From IMG/VR virus record IMGVR_UViG_3300048853_000118, positions 1-52,832 of that record: DNA of 52,832 bases; one strand, 5' to 3'. This document shows positions 33,290 to 41,898 of the stretch, one piece after another. The translations under genes were made by a program, and so were the position numbers. The notes beneath the pieces are model-generated. The model worked only from the letters and a program-made list of their open reading frames with translations. It ran no database searches and was not told the origin of the DNA. Numbering within the stretch: position 1 is the stretch's first letter; every line of letters begins with the position of its first letter. The stretch comes from a virus (lineage: Duplodnaviria > Caudoviricetes).

Positions 33290-34621
33290 ATGCCAACCAT
33301 CAACGAACTCCGCAGCGAACGCGCCAAGGTCAACGCCAGCGTCCAAGCTCTGGCCCTGATCGAAGCCGGCGGCGGCCAACTGACCGCCGAGCAGCTGCAG
33401 GAATTCACTGACCTGCAGGCCACCTTCGCCAACCTGACCGCGCAGATCACGCGCATGGAGGCGGCAGAAAGCATTGCCGCCGCCGCCGCGGTACCGGTCG
33501 ACCGCGCACTGGGCGCCGCACACCAGCCGGCCGCGCCGCCTGCAGCAGCTGCACCAGCCAGCCTGCCGGCGCGTCCGCGCGAACCAGAGATCCCGGGTCT
33601 CGGCATGTCGCGAATGGTCCGCGCCCTGGTCGCGGCTCAAGGCAATCAGCAGGCTGCTGCCAAATTCGCCGCAGACAATCACTTCGGCGATGACGTCGCG
33701 ATGGCTCTGAGCACCCTGACCCCTGGCGCCGGTGGTGTCCTGGTCCCCGCGAACATGGCTCGCGACGTCATCGAGCTGTGGCGTCCGAAGTCGGTCGTGC
33801 GCACCCTCGGCGCGCGCCCGATGCCGCTCGTCAACGGCAACCTGACCATGCCTCGCCTGAAGGGCGGTGCAGTCGTCGGCTACATCGGCACCGAAACCGA
33901 TATCCCGACCACTGGTCCGCAGTTCGATGACCTGAAGCTGACGAGCAAGAAGCTCGCCGGCCTGGTTCCGATCTCGAACGACCTGCTGTCGTACACCGGC
34001 ACGAACCAGAACGTTGACAAGATCGTCGTGGACGACCTGGCAACCGCCATGGGCGCGCGCGAAGACAAGGGCTTCATCCGTGACGACGGCAACAACAACA
34101 CCCCGAAGGGCCTGCTGCACTGGGCGCTGGCCGGATTCAAGTTCGTCGCTTCCGCCGGCGACACCATTCAAAAGATCGAAACCGATCTGAATAAGCTGAT
34201 TCTGGCGCTCGAAGGAGTCGATGCGAACCTGGGTCGCCCTGGCTGGATCATGTCGCCGCGTACCTTCCGCTTCCTGGAAGGTCTGCGTGACGGCAACGGC
34301 AATAAGGTGTTCCCGGAAATGAAGGACGGCATGTTGAAAGGTTACCCGGTCGGCAAGACCACCCAGGTGCCGAACAACCTGGGCGCCGGTTCGAACGCTT
34401 CGGAGCTGTATTTCGTCGATTTCAACGACTGTTTCATCGGCGAAGACGAAAGCCTGCTGATCGACTATTCCAAGGAAGCGGCCTACAAGGACGGCAACGG
34501 TGACATGGTCAGCGCCTTCCAGCGTGATCAGACGTTGGTGCGTGTGATCGCGAAGCACGACTTCGGCCCGCGTCACGTGGAATCGGTCTCGATCCTGACC
34601 GGCATCACCTGGGGCGCGTAA
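33290..34621 (+). CDS. Major capsid protein (HK97 fold, N-terminal delta-like domain)
   Basis: GGVLVP, KKLAGLVPISNDLL, FIRDDG..PKGL, SAFQRDQTLVR. Confidence 0.95.
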   Translation: MPTINELRSERAKVNASVQALALIEAGGGQLTAEQLQEFTDLQATFANLTAQITRMEAAESIAAAAAVPVDRALGAAHQPAAPPAAAAPASLPARPREPEIPGLGMSRMVRALVAAQGNQQAAAKFAADNHFGDDVAMALSTLTPGAGGVLVPANMARDVIELWRPKSVVRTLGARPMPLVNGNLTMPRLKGGAVVGYIGTETDIPTTGPQFDDLKLTSKKLAGLVPISNDLLSYTGTNQNVDKIVVDDLATAMGAREDKGFIRDDGNNNTPKGLLHWALAGFKFVASAGDTIQKIETDLNKLILALEGVDANLGRPGWIMSPRTFRFLEGLRDGNGNKVFPEMKDGMLKGYPVGKTTQVPNNLGAGSNASELYFVDFNDCFIGEDESLLIDYSKEAAYKDGNGDMVSAFQRDQTLVRVIAKHDFGPRHVESVSILTGITWGA

Positions 34622-34682
34622 CGCGACCTGAGCACCGGCCCGCTGCGGCGGGTCGGCTTCACCCCTTCAATAGGAACTGAAC

Positions 34683-34832
34683 ATGCAATCGGTCGAATTC
34701 ATCAAGCCCTGGAAAATCTACAGCCCCGGCGATGTCGCCGGCTTCGACGCCGAGCAAGCCAAACGCTTGGTCGACGGCGGCGTCGCCAAGGAAGTCAAGG
34801 CGGAAGAGAAGACCGCCAAGTCGGCCAAGTAA
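34683..34832 (+). CDS. Small head-associated protein (49 aa)
   Basis: MQSVEFIKPW..YSPGDVAGF...AKRLV..GVA; AGGA RBS. Confidence 0.7.
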   Translation: MQSVEFIKPWKIYSPGDVAGFDAEQAKRLVDGGVAKEVKAEEKTAKSAK

Positions 34833-34921
34833 GCCATGCGCCCGGATACCGCCGCCTGGCTCGCCGACGTGCGCGCCGAGGCGGCGGTTCCCGCTCGAAC
34901 GAACCGAAGTCGGAGATCAGC

Positions 34922-35176
34922 ATGATCCACCTGACGATGACCCCGCAAACGTCGGCAATCCGTGCCTACGACCAGTCGGGCGGCTACGAAAACCGGCGTC
35001 CCTACCTGGCCATCGTCACGGTGACGCACCTGACCGACAAGATCGTCTACCTACACGGCGCCGTCGGCACAGTCGACCGGGAGACGTGGGAAAAGACGCT
35101 CGACCTGCTGCGTGATCGCGGCGTCACCACCGTGATGCTCGAGCGGCACGGCCGGATGAAAACCATTTTGCTATAG
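34922..35176 (+). CDS. Hypothetical protein
   Basis: 84 aa, GGAG RBS. Confidence 0.65.
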   Translation: MIHLTMTPQTSAIRAYDQSGGYENRRPYLAIVTVTHLTDKIVYLHGAVGTVDRETWEKTLDLLRDRGVTTVMLERHGRMKTILL

Positions 35177-35258
35177 CGCTGCCGTCGGCAAGTCCGACGA
35201 GGAGCTGCTGGCGTTCGTGCGCGAGCGCCTTTTGAACCCCTGACCGGTAGGCCGCTAC

Positions 35259-38200
35259 ATGATTGATCTCGAACGCGCCGCCAGCACGCAGCAGTCTGTC
35301 AGCACGCCGGATAACGTCTTGCTGACGATTCCAGCAGCCAAGCCCTGGTGGCTTCTGTTCACTGTTCGCTATGACGGGCTGGTGACTGGCGACGCGCCGC
35401 AATACTTCATCTCGACAGGTAATTTCGGCGTTGCTGGCTCGCTGAACATCGCGTTCTACACGCTCGGCGCGACCACCTCGTCCGGACACCAGGGGCGCAT
35501 CCTGGTGTTCGCCGACACCATCACGGCCACGGCCGATACGCCCATCGTTTCGGCAACCAAGCTGAGCACGGGTGCGCACACATATGCGCTGATCAGCGAC
35601 GGCGAGACAGTGCGGCTGTACCGCGTCCCCATTGTGGACGGGGTGGTTGCTACCGAAGCAAATGTCGTATTGGAGGGTTCCAGTACCAGCCCGTTCCTGC
35701 TCAAGGAGCTGAACGGGTCGGCCTTCGTGATCGGTGGGCGCGCCGACGGCGCCGCGAATCGCCGGAGCGACCAGTCGCACGGCCGCACCGCCTTCGGTCT
35801 CGGCAGCATCACGCTGGCCGAAATCGCGCGCCTGGCCAACGGCGAAGACTTGGTCACCGATCTCAACAAGACGCCGGTTGTCTACGTTCGCTTGTCGAGC
35901 GTCACCGACATCGCAGACGCGGGCCCGAACAAACTGCCGTTCACCTTGAGCGGCAGCCCGGCCACCAGCGCGGAGCCAGCCTACAACTTCAGGGGCGCGC
36001 CCGTCGAGCCAGAGCCGCAGCCGGAAAACGCGATCACGCTGGTCATGCCTACCGCTGAGCGCATTTACCAGCGCGTCAACGGCGAGGCTCTCGTCAAGAT
36101 CGCGGGCGCTACTGCCGGTGCGGCGCCCGCATCTGTCGAGCGCCGCCTATACAAAGCAGACGGCGCCGAGGTTGCGGCGCCGTACGCTGGCGCAGGCGCT
36201 ACTTTCGGGACGAACACCTGGGAGGCGAACACCGCTGTCCCGGCAGGCCCGGGCAAGCGGCGCGCGCAGGTGCGCAGCAAGAACGCCAGCGGCACGGTGC
36301 TGGCCGAATCCGCCATCAGCACCGAGCGTTTCGGCGTGGGCGACATCCAGGCGTGCATCGGCTCGAGCGGCGCCGAGCGGCTGTTCCTGAGTACGTCCGG
36401 CGCCGGCCTGGTCCCGCGCGACGACATCAGCTGGCACGACGGCACGGAATGGAAGTCGTTCGGCACGGTCGGCGCCGCGATCGTGACGGCCAACAGCCTG
36501 GCGGAGCAGGCCGGCGTGCCGATCGGCATGCTGGATGCTGGCCGGGGCGGCAGCACGCTGGAGGACTGGATCAGCTCGGGCTATTCCGGGTGGACCGCGT
36601 TCGCCGCCGATGTTGCATCCATCGGTGGCAAACTGGCCAGCTGCTACGTCACGGTCGGATCAAACTCTGCCGCGGAGGGCCTGGTCATCAGCCAAGCCGC
36701 GCACGAGGCGAACCTGCGCACGTTGTTCGCGCGCGTTCGCGCACTGACGGGCCAGCCGGACCTGCTGATCATCCTCGGCGGGATGAATCGCCGGACGAAG
36801 CACACCACGGCATCGCAAGCCATCTTCGACCAGCAGTCGAACTGGGTGCGTATGGCCGAAAAGGCGGTTGGCCGCGACCCGAATGTCGTGCATGTCCAAA
36901 ACCTGGACTTCACGCTGAATACCGACGGCATCCATCTGGCCGCCTCGGCAAACGGCTACCCCGCAAGCGCTGCGCGCGCCGCCTACCAAGGCGGTGCTGC
37001 AGCTTACGGCGGCGCGGATCTGTGCGGTCCGGAAATCTTCAAGATGACCGCCTCCGGCAATGATGTGCTGGTCGATATCGTGCATCGCGGGTCGACAGAC
37101 ATCACGCCGGCCAGCGGCATCACCGGCTTTGCCGGCACCGGCATGGACGACTTGCCGCTGACGATCGGGAATGTGGTCCGCGTCAGCGCGACCCGCATCC
37201 GCGTTCCGTGCGACCGCCCGGCGAAGACGATGCAGTATCTGGCCGGAAGCGCGCCGGCGGTGGGGACGCCGGTCTACGGCAACACGGCCCAGCCGCTGCC
37301 GATGACAGCCGAGACGGAAATGGCGCTCACCGCTGCCAGCGAAGAGGTGCCAGATACCACTGCACCGGTGATGAGCGGTGCGATCAGCATCACCAACGTC
37401 ACCACCTCCGGCGCGACTCTGGCGTTCCAGGCCGCGACGGACAATGTGGGGGTGGTCGGCTACGAATACAGCATCAACGGTGGCGCGAGCTACGTGAATG
37501 CCGGGCTGTCGCGGTCGCTCGCTGTGTCGGCGCTGACCGCGTCGACGACGTACCAGGTGCGCGTGCGCGCCTACGATGCGGCCGGCAACCGCTCGGCGCC
37601 GCTGCCGGAGAGCTTCACCACCATGGCCAACGAGCCGCCGGTGGAGATTGTCATCGACGCCAGCAAGATCCCGGCCAGCCGCAAGGTTGTGTTCCCGGGC
37701 GGCACGCGCGTCGTTCCGTTCGGCACTAAGCCAAGCACGGTGGTGCCGGGCGCGCCGTATTACCGAGACGGGAAGTGGTGGAGCGACAAGGTTCCGGACG
37801 ACGAGCGCTACTTCGTCGCCGACCTTCGAATCGACCTGGCCGAGGCCGGCACTACCGCGGTGAAGGCCGAGGCGATTCCCGGCGGCGTGAAGGTGCTCGA
37901 GCAGCCGGTTGTCCAGGGCTCGCTGATCCCTGTGAAGCTGGGCGGCTTCGACGAGCTGCGAGGCGCGCTCAACTTCTGCACCTTCCGCGTAACCCTGGCG
38001 AATGGCGAGCAGATCGACCGCACGCTGTGGTTCAGCAAGGTCGAGGTGCAGTGGGTGTTGGAGAAGGATCCGGAAGACAAGCGCTACTACGTGGTCGATG
38101 TCAGCAAGGATCTGATCGACAGCAACACCACCGTCACAGCGGTTTCGGCGGTCGCCGTCGGCGTGGCCGAGCTGGTCAAGCCGCAGATGCAGGGGCGGCT

Positions 38201-38327
38201 GGCGGTGGTCAAGCTGGGCGGCCTGGACACCTCGGCCGATCCGCTGAATTACTGCAAGCTGCGCTTCGACTGCGCGAACGGCGAACGCTTCTTCCGGACC
38301 ATTCACTTCAAGAGGATGGACAACTGA
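35259..38327 (+). CDS. Multidomain virion protein: lectin-like N-terminus, SGNH esterase, FN3, two C-terminal adaptor repeats; probable head fibre
   Basis: IGSSG / GGS / GSN / DGIH SGNH blocks; ATDNVGVVGY...YQVRVRAYDAAGNRS FN3; KVPDDERYF and KDPEDKRYY repeats. Confidence 0.75.
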   Translation: MIDLERAASTQQSVSTPDNVLLTIPAAKPWWLLFTVRYDGLVTGDAPQYFISTGNFGVAGSLNIAFYTLGATTSSGHQGRILVFADTITATADTPIVSATKLSTGAHTYALISDGETVRLYRVPIVDGVVATEANVVLEGSSTSPFLLKELNGSAFVIGGRADGAANRRSDQSHGRTAFGLGSITLAEIARLANGEDLVTDLNKTPVVYVRLSSVTDIADAGPNKLPFTLSGSPATSAEPAYNFRGAPVEPEPQPENAITLVMPTAERIYQRVNGEALVKIAGATAGAAPASVERRLYKADGAEVAAPYAGAGATFGTNTWEANTAVPAGPGKRRAQVRSKNASGTVLAESAISTERFGVGDIQACIGSSGAERLFLSTSGAGLVPRDDISWHDGTEWKSFGTVGAAIVTANSLAEQAGVPIGMLDAGRGGSTLEDWISSGYSGWTAFAADVASIGGKLASCYVTVGSNSAAEGLVISQAAHEANLRTLFARVRALTGQPDLLIILGGMNRRTKHTTASQAIFDQQSNWVRMAEKAVGRDPNVVHVQNLDFTLNTDGIHLAASANGYPASAARAAYQGGAAAYGGADLCGPEIFKMTASGNDVLVDIVHRGSTDITPASGITGFAGTGMDDLPLTIGNVVRVSATRIRVPCDRPAKTMQYLAGSAPAVGTPVYGNTAQPLPMTAETEMALTAASEEVPDTTAPVMSGAISITNVTTSGATLAFQAATDNVGVVGYEYSINGGASYVNAGLSRSLAVSALTASTTYQVRVRAYDAAGNRSAPLPESFTTMANEPPVEIVIDASKIPASRKVVFPGGTRVVPFGTKPSTVVPGAPYYRDGKWWSDKVPDDERYFVADLRIDLAEAGTTAVKAEAIPGGVKVLEQPVVQGSLIPVKLGGFDELRGALNFCTFRVTLANGEQIDRTLWFSKVEVQWVLEKDPEDKRYYVVDVSKDLIDSNTTVTAVSAVAVGVAELVKPQMQGRLAVVKLGGLDTSADPLNYCKLRFDCANGERFFRTIHFKRMDN

Positions 38328-38476
38328 TGATCGACGCATCGCAAATGCCGCGCGTGCCGAGCGAAGTGCTGCAGCAGGAGCAGGAGCAGGCCGCCGGGTA
38401 CGTGCGGGCGCCGGCGGCGCCGGGAGGAACTTCCGGTCCGCTTCGCCCAGCGGAAACAAATAGGACCACACGATGA
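38327..38476 (+). CDS. 49-aa low-complexity protein
   Basis: TGATG and ATGA overlaps. Confidence 0.45.
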   Translation: MIDASQMPRVPSEVLQQEQEQAAGYVRAPAAPGGTSGPLRPAETNRTTR

Positions 38477-39036
38477 GCTGGAAACTTATCATTCCGCCGA
38501 CCGCGCTGGCCGTTTCGATGGATGAGGCGCGCGTGGCGGCCCGCGTTGACGTCGACGAAGACGGCACCTCGGCGCTCGATGCCGAGATCCGGCGAGCGAT
38601 CCTCACTTACACCGCTGAGGCGGAAGGCGAAACCAACCGGGCAATCATGCAGCAGACGTGGCGCTTGACGCTCGACGCCTTTCCGGAAAAGTTCGAACTG
38701 CGCCGGCCGCCGCTGCTGCAGGTCGACCATATCAAATTCATCGACGTCGCCGGCGTGCAGCAGACGCTGCATCCAGAGGACTACCAGGTCGATGGCGAAC
38801 GTGAGCCGGGGGAGATCATCCTGGAGCCGGGGCGCGCCTGGCCGACGCCGGCGCGCCGGATCAACGCCGTCCAAGTGCAGATCACGTGCGGTTACGGCAA
38901 TGATGCAGCCATAGTGCCGGCCGCGATCAGCGGCTTTATCCTGGCGCGTCTGAACGAGCACTTCCAGACTGGCGGCCAGCCCAAGAACGAGCACGTGAAG
39001 CGGCTGCTGTGGCCGGAGGTGGTGTACGGATGCTAA
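38473..39036 (+). CDS. Head-tail connector (gp6-like)
   Basis: AE.ETNRAIMQQTW..LDAFP...GYG...VP. Confidence 0.88.
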   Translation: MSWKLIIPPTALAVSMDEARVAARVDVDEDGTSALDAEIRRAILTYTAEAEGETNRAIMQQTWRLTLDAFPEKFELRRPPLLQVDHIKFIDVAGVQQTLHPEDYQVDGEREPGEIILEPGRAWPTPARRINAVQVQITCGYGNDAAIVPAAISGFILARLNEHFQTGGQPKNEHVKRLLWPEVVYGC

Positions 39037-39335
39037 ATCACCGAATCGAACTGCTGAAGCGCGCCGCCGGCCGCGATGGTGCTGGCCAGCGCACCAAAGG
39101 CTGGGAAGTCGCTCGATCGCTGTGGGCAGACGTGCTGTTCCAGACCGGCGCCGAAGTGATGCGCGCGGACGCCGGCGTGTCGATCGTGAAGTGCTCGATC
39201 AGGATCCGGGCGCGGCGCGACGTCGACGCGTCGATGGGCGCGCGTTATCTGGGTGTCGACTACGACATCAAGGCAGTGCTGCCGGACTCGAAGGATCGCG
39301 ACTACATGTTCCTGGTCTGTGAGAGCGCCAAATGA
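39030..39335 (+). CDS. Head closure / stopper protein
   Basis: LNHRIEL...RDGAGQ...WA...IRIR...YDIKAVLPD. Confidence 0.85.
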   Translation: MLNHRIELLKRAAGRDGAGQRTKGWEVARSLWADVLFQTGAEVMRADAGVSIVKCSIRIRARRDVDASMGARYLGVDYDIKAVLPDSKDRDYMFLVCESAK

Positions 39336-39847
39336 TCGACTTCGATCCGGCTGGACTCATCGAGGCCGTGCAGGAGACCGCAGAGCAGGTCATCGACTCG
39401 GTTGGCGAGTCGACACTGCGCGCGGTGGCGTACGCTGGCGCCGATCTCTTCCGCGATCAGGCGAAACAGAACGCACTGGCGAACAAGAAGACCGGCGTGC
39501 TATTCGACAGCATCATCGTGAAGCGTCTGGAGGAAGAGTCCAGCGGCGGCGCGAAGCAGGTCTACCTGGTGACCGTTCGTAAAGGCCCATACGGCGGCGG
39601 CGACGCCTTCTACTGGCGATGGGTTGAGAACGGCCACAAGTTCGTGCCACCCAACAGAAACGTCAGCGCGCGCACCGGCCGTACGATTGGCTGGGCCGCG
39701 CACCGGCGCGCGGCCGAGCTGGAGTACGGCACGAAGCGCACGCGCGCATATCCGTTCATGCGACCTGCCTATGAGACCAAGAAGCACGAGGCGGTCGACC
39801 TGATGACGCAGACGCTGGCCGAGCAACTGGCAAGGAACGCACGATGA
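39332..39847 (+). CDS. HK97 gp10-like tail completion protein
   Basis: TGVLFDSI, AFYWRWVE.G, PFMRPAY. Confidence 0.85.
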   Translation: MIDFDPAGLIEAVQETAEQVIDSVGESTLRAVAYAGADLFRDQAKQNALANKKTGVLFDSIIVKRLEEESSGGAKQVYLVTVRKGPYGGGDAFYWRWVENGHKFVPPNRNVSARTGRTIGWAAHRRAAELEYGTKRTRAYPFMRPAYETKKHEAVDLMTQTLAEQLARNAR

Positions 39848-40194
39848 CACCGCATGAACAAATATTCGCGGCCATTGGTGAGCTGGCCGGCGGCCGCGTG
39901 TTCGCGGGGATCGCGGACGAAGGCACGCCGACACCGTATGTCACGTTTTACATCGTTGGCGGCTCTCTGCTGGACTTCATCAGCGGCGATAGGTCGGCGA
40001 AGCGCTTCGTCCGTGTCCAAGTCAATACATGGGCGGGCACCTCGATCGAAGCGTTTCAAGTAGCGGCTCAGGTGGAGGATGCGCTGCACGCTGCCGTGCA
40101 CCTGCAGACTGAAACGCTAGACGCCGCACGAGACGATTACGACGAAGTCACCAAAGACTACGGCACCGTTCAGGAATTCATGCTGTTCTGCTGA
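39844..40194 (+). CDS. Tail terminator (DUF3168-like)
   Basis: GRVF...TPYVTF...RVQVNTW. Confidence 0.8.
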   Translation: MTPHEQIFAAIGELAGGRVFAGIADEGTPTPYVTFYIVGGSLLDFISGDRSAKRFVRVQVNTWAGTSIEAFQVAAQVEDALHAAVHLQTETLDAARDDYDEVTKDYGTVQEFMLFC

Positions 40195-40212
40195 CCCGAC
40201 AACCCTTTTTCC

Positions 40213-40247
40213 AAGCCGCCCCGAGCGATCCGGGCGGCTTCTTTTTT
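40213..40247 (+). terminator. Intrinsic terminator-like hairpin
   Basis: AAGCCGCCC...GGGCGGCTT CTTTTTT. Confidence 0.7.
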
Positions 40248-40309
40248 GCCCGAAACGGGCGCGCAACGGCCCGGACTCCGGGATTTCTCACTTTCGAAAG
40301 GCCCTTACC

Positions 40310-40957
40310 ATGGCTGTATCCGTCCCCAATAACAGCACCTTCTCGGTCGCTGACACCTACGGCTCATCGATCGCCGTATCCGCCGCCAGCAATGCGCTGG
40401 AGTGCGTGCTGACCACCGCCGCCAACACCTTCGCCGTTGGCGACATCGTCGAGTTCGCCAGCAGCTGGGTGAAGGCGAACCTGCGCCTGTTCCGCGTGAA
40501 AGCGGCCACGTCGACCAGCGTCACGCTGGAAGGCTTCAACACCAGCTCGACCAAGGCGTTCCCGACCGGCAACGGCGCCGGTTCGCTCCGCAAAATCACG
40601 AGCTGGACCGTCATGCCGTTCATGAAGGAATTCACCGTGTCCGGCGGCGATCCGAAGTACAACACCGAAGAATTCCTGGACGTCGAAGACGAGATCCAGA
40701 TGTTCAACGGCTTCTCGGCCTCCTCGATCGCGATGAGCATTGCCGACGACCCATCGCTGCCGCACAACGCAGTGCTGCAGGCTGCAACCGATGCCCAGGC
40801 GGTGACCGCGGTCCGCGTGGTACTGCCGTCGGGCGCGCCGCTGTTCTACAACGGCGTGATGGGTTACAACCCGAGTCCGTCGCTGGTCAAGGGCCAGGGC
40901 ATGGTCGTTAAGTGCGGCGTCGCCCTGCGCAGCCGCGTCAACCGCTACGCCGCGTAA
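40310..40957 (+). CDS. Major tail tube protein
   Basis: Position and size; SGGDPKY..EFL, IADDP. Confidence 0.85.
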   Translation: MAVSVPNNSTFSVADTYGSSIAVSAASNALECVLTTAANTFAVGDIVEFASSWVKANLRLFRVKAATSTSVTLEGFNTSSTKAFPTGNGAGSLRKITSWTVMPFMKEFTVSGGDPKYNTEEFLDVEDEIQMFNGFSASSIAMSIADDPSLPHNAVLQAATDAQAVTAVRVVLPSGAPLFYNGVMGYNPSPSLVKGQGMVVKCGVALRSRVNRYAA

Positions 40958-41000
40958 CAGTTTTGCCAGCTGGCGCCGAACGGTCGGCGCTGGCCTTCTC

Positions 41001-41029
41001 GCCGCGGGGTCGCACCTCGCGGTTTTTTT
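41001..41029 (+). terminator. Intrinsic terminator after the tail tube gene
   Basis: GCCGCGGGG tcgca CCTCGCGGT TTTTTT. Confidence 0.75.
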
Positions 41030-41059
41030 ATTCCCGCACCACTTTGAAAGACAAAAATC

Positions 41060-41515
41060 ATGGCAACCAATAAAGCGACCAAAATCGTCCTGGGCAAGCG
41101 TCCGGAGAGCTTCAAGAAAACCGTGCAGGCCACCATGCTGGACGGCTCGACCGGCTGCATGGAAGTCGAATTCAAGTACCGCAGCCGCACCGAGCTGGCC
41201 GAACTGACCGACGAGATGCAGGCCAAGCTGAAGGACGACGCCAACGCCGAGATCGAGCGCTTCAACGCCGCAGTCGAGAAGGCCAAGCAGTCCGGCGCCG
41301 CAATCCCGGAATTCACCATGACCCAGACAGAGATTGTGAAGCGTCAAACTGATGTGGCGGTCAAGTACATCCAGGCCATCGTGGTCGGCTGGAACCTGGA
41401 CGCCGACTTCGACAAGGAAGGCATCGCCGAGCTGGTCGACACGCTGCCGGCGATGGCCGACGCGATCAAGGACGACTACCGCGCCGCAATCAACGAAGGC
41501 CGCCTGGGAAACTGA
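41060..41515 (+). CDS. Tail assembly chaperone (G-like)
   Basis: Ends G GGA AAC TGA slippery site; GW.LD..F motif. Confidence 0.88.
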   Translation: MATNKATKIVLGKRPESFKKTVQATMLDGSTGCMEVEFKYRSRTELAELTDEMQAKLKDDANAEIERFNAAVEKAKQSGAAIPEFTMTQTEIVKRQTDVAVKYIQAIVVGWNLDADFDKEGIAELVDTLPAMADAIKDDYRAAINEGRLGN

Positions 41516-41838
41516 AGGCCATCGCCGAGGCCATGTATCGGCCACCGCTGACGAAAAAGCAGCTGGCCGAAATGGAGACAGCCGGCTTAACGCTGGAGGA
41601 TCTCGGCGATGATGCAGTCGAGGTGTGGCCGGAGAATTGGCCGGCATACGCGCTGTTCGCGTACATGCGGACGCAGTGGCGAGTCGGCATGGCTGGAGCG
41701 ACAGGGCTCGACTACGGCCCGCTGCATCGCAAGATGGATCGGATGGAGCTCGCGCCCGACGATTACGACGATCTCGAGGCGGACATCCAGACCATGGAGT
41801 TCGCAGCGCTCGGCATCATGAATGACCGAGACGAGTAG
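41506..41838 (+). CDS. Tail chaperone T-like part (DUF1799-like) reached by -1 frameshift
   Basis: -1 frame GKLKAIAEAMYRP...EVWPENW...TQWRVG..GATGLDY. Confidence 0.85.
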   Translation, partial: GKLKAIAEAMYRPPLTKKQLAEMETAGLTLEDLGDDAVEVWPENWPAYALFAYMRTQWRVGMAGATGLDYGPLHRKMDRMELAPDDYDDLEADIQTMEFAALGIMNDRDE

Positions 41839-41850
41839 AAAGCACGACCC

Positions 41851-41881
41851 AAAGCCCTGAGCCAGCGCGCCAGGGCTTTTT
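41851..41881 (+). terminator. Hairpin before the tape measure gene
   Basis: AAAGCCCTG...CAGGGCTTTTT. Confidence 0.55.
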
Positions 41882-41898
41882 CATTCAAGGGCAAAGCC

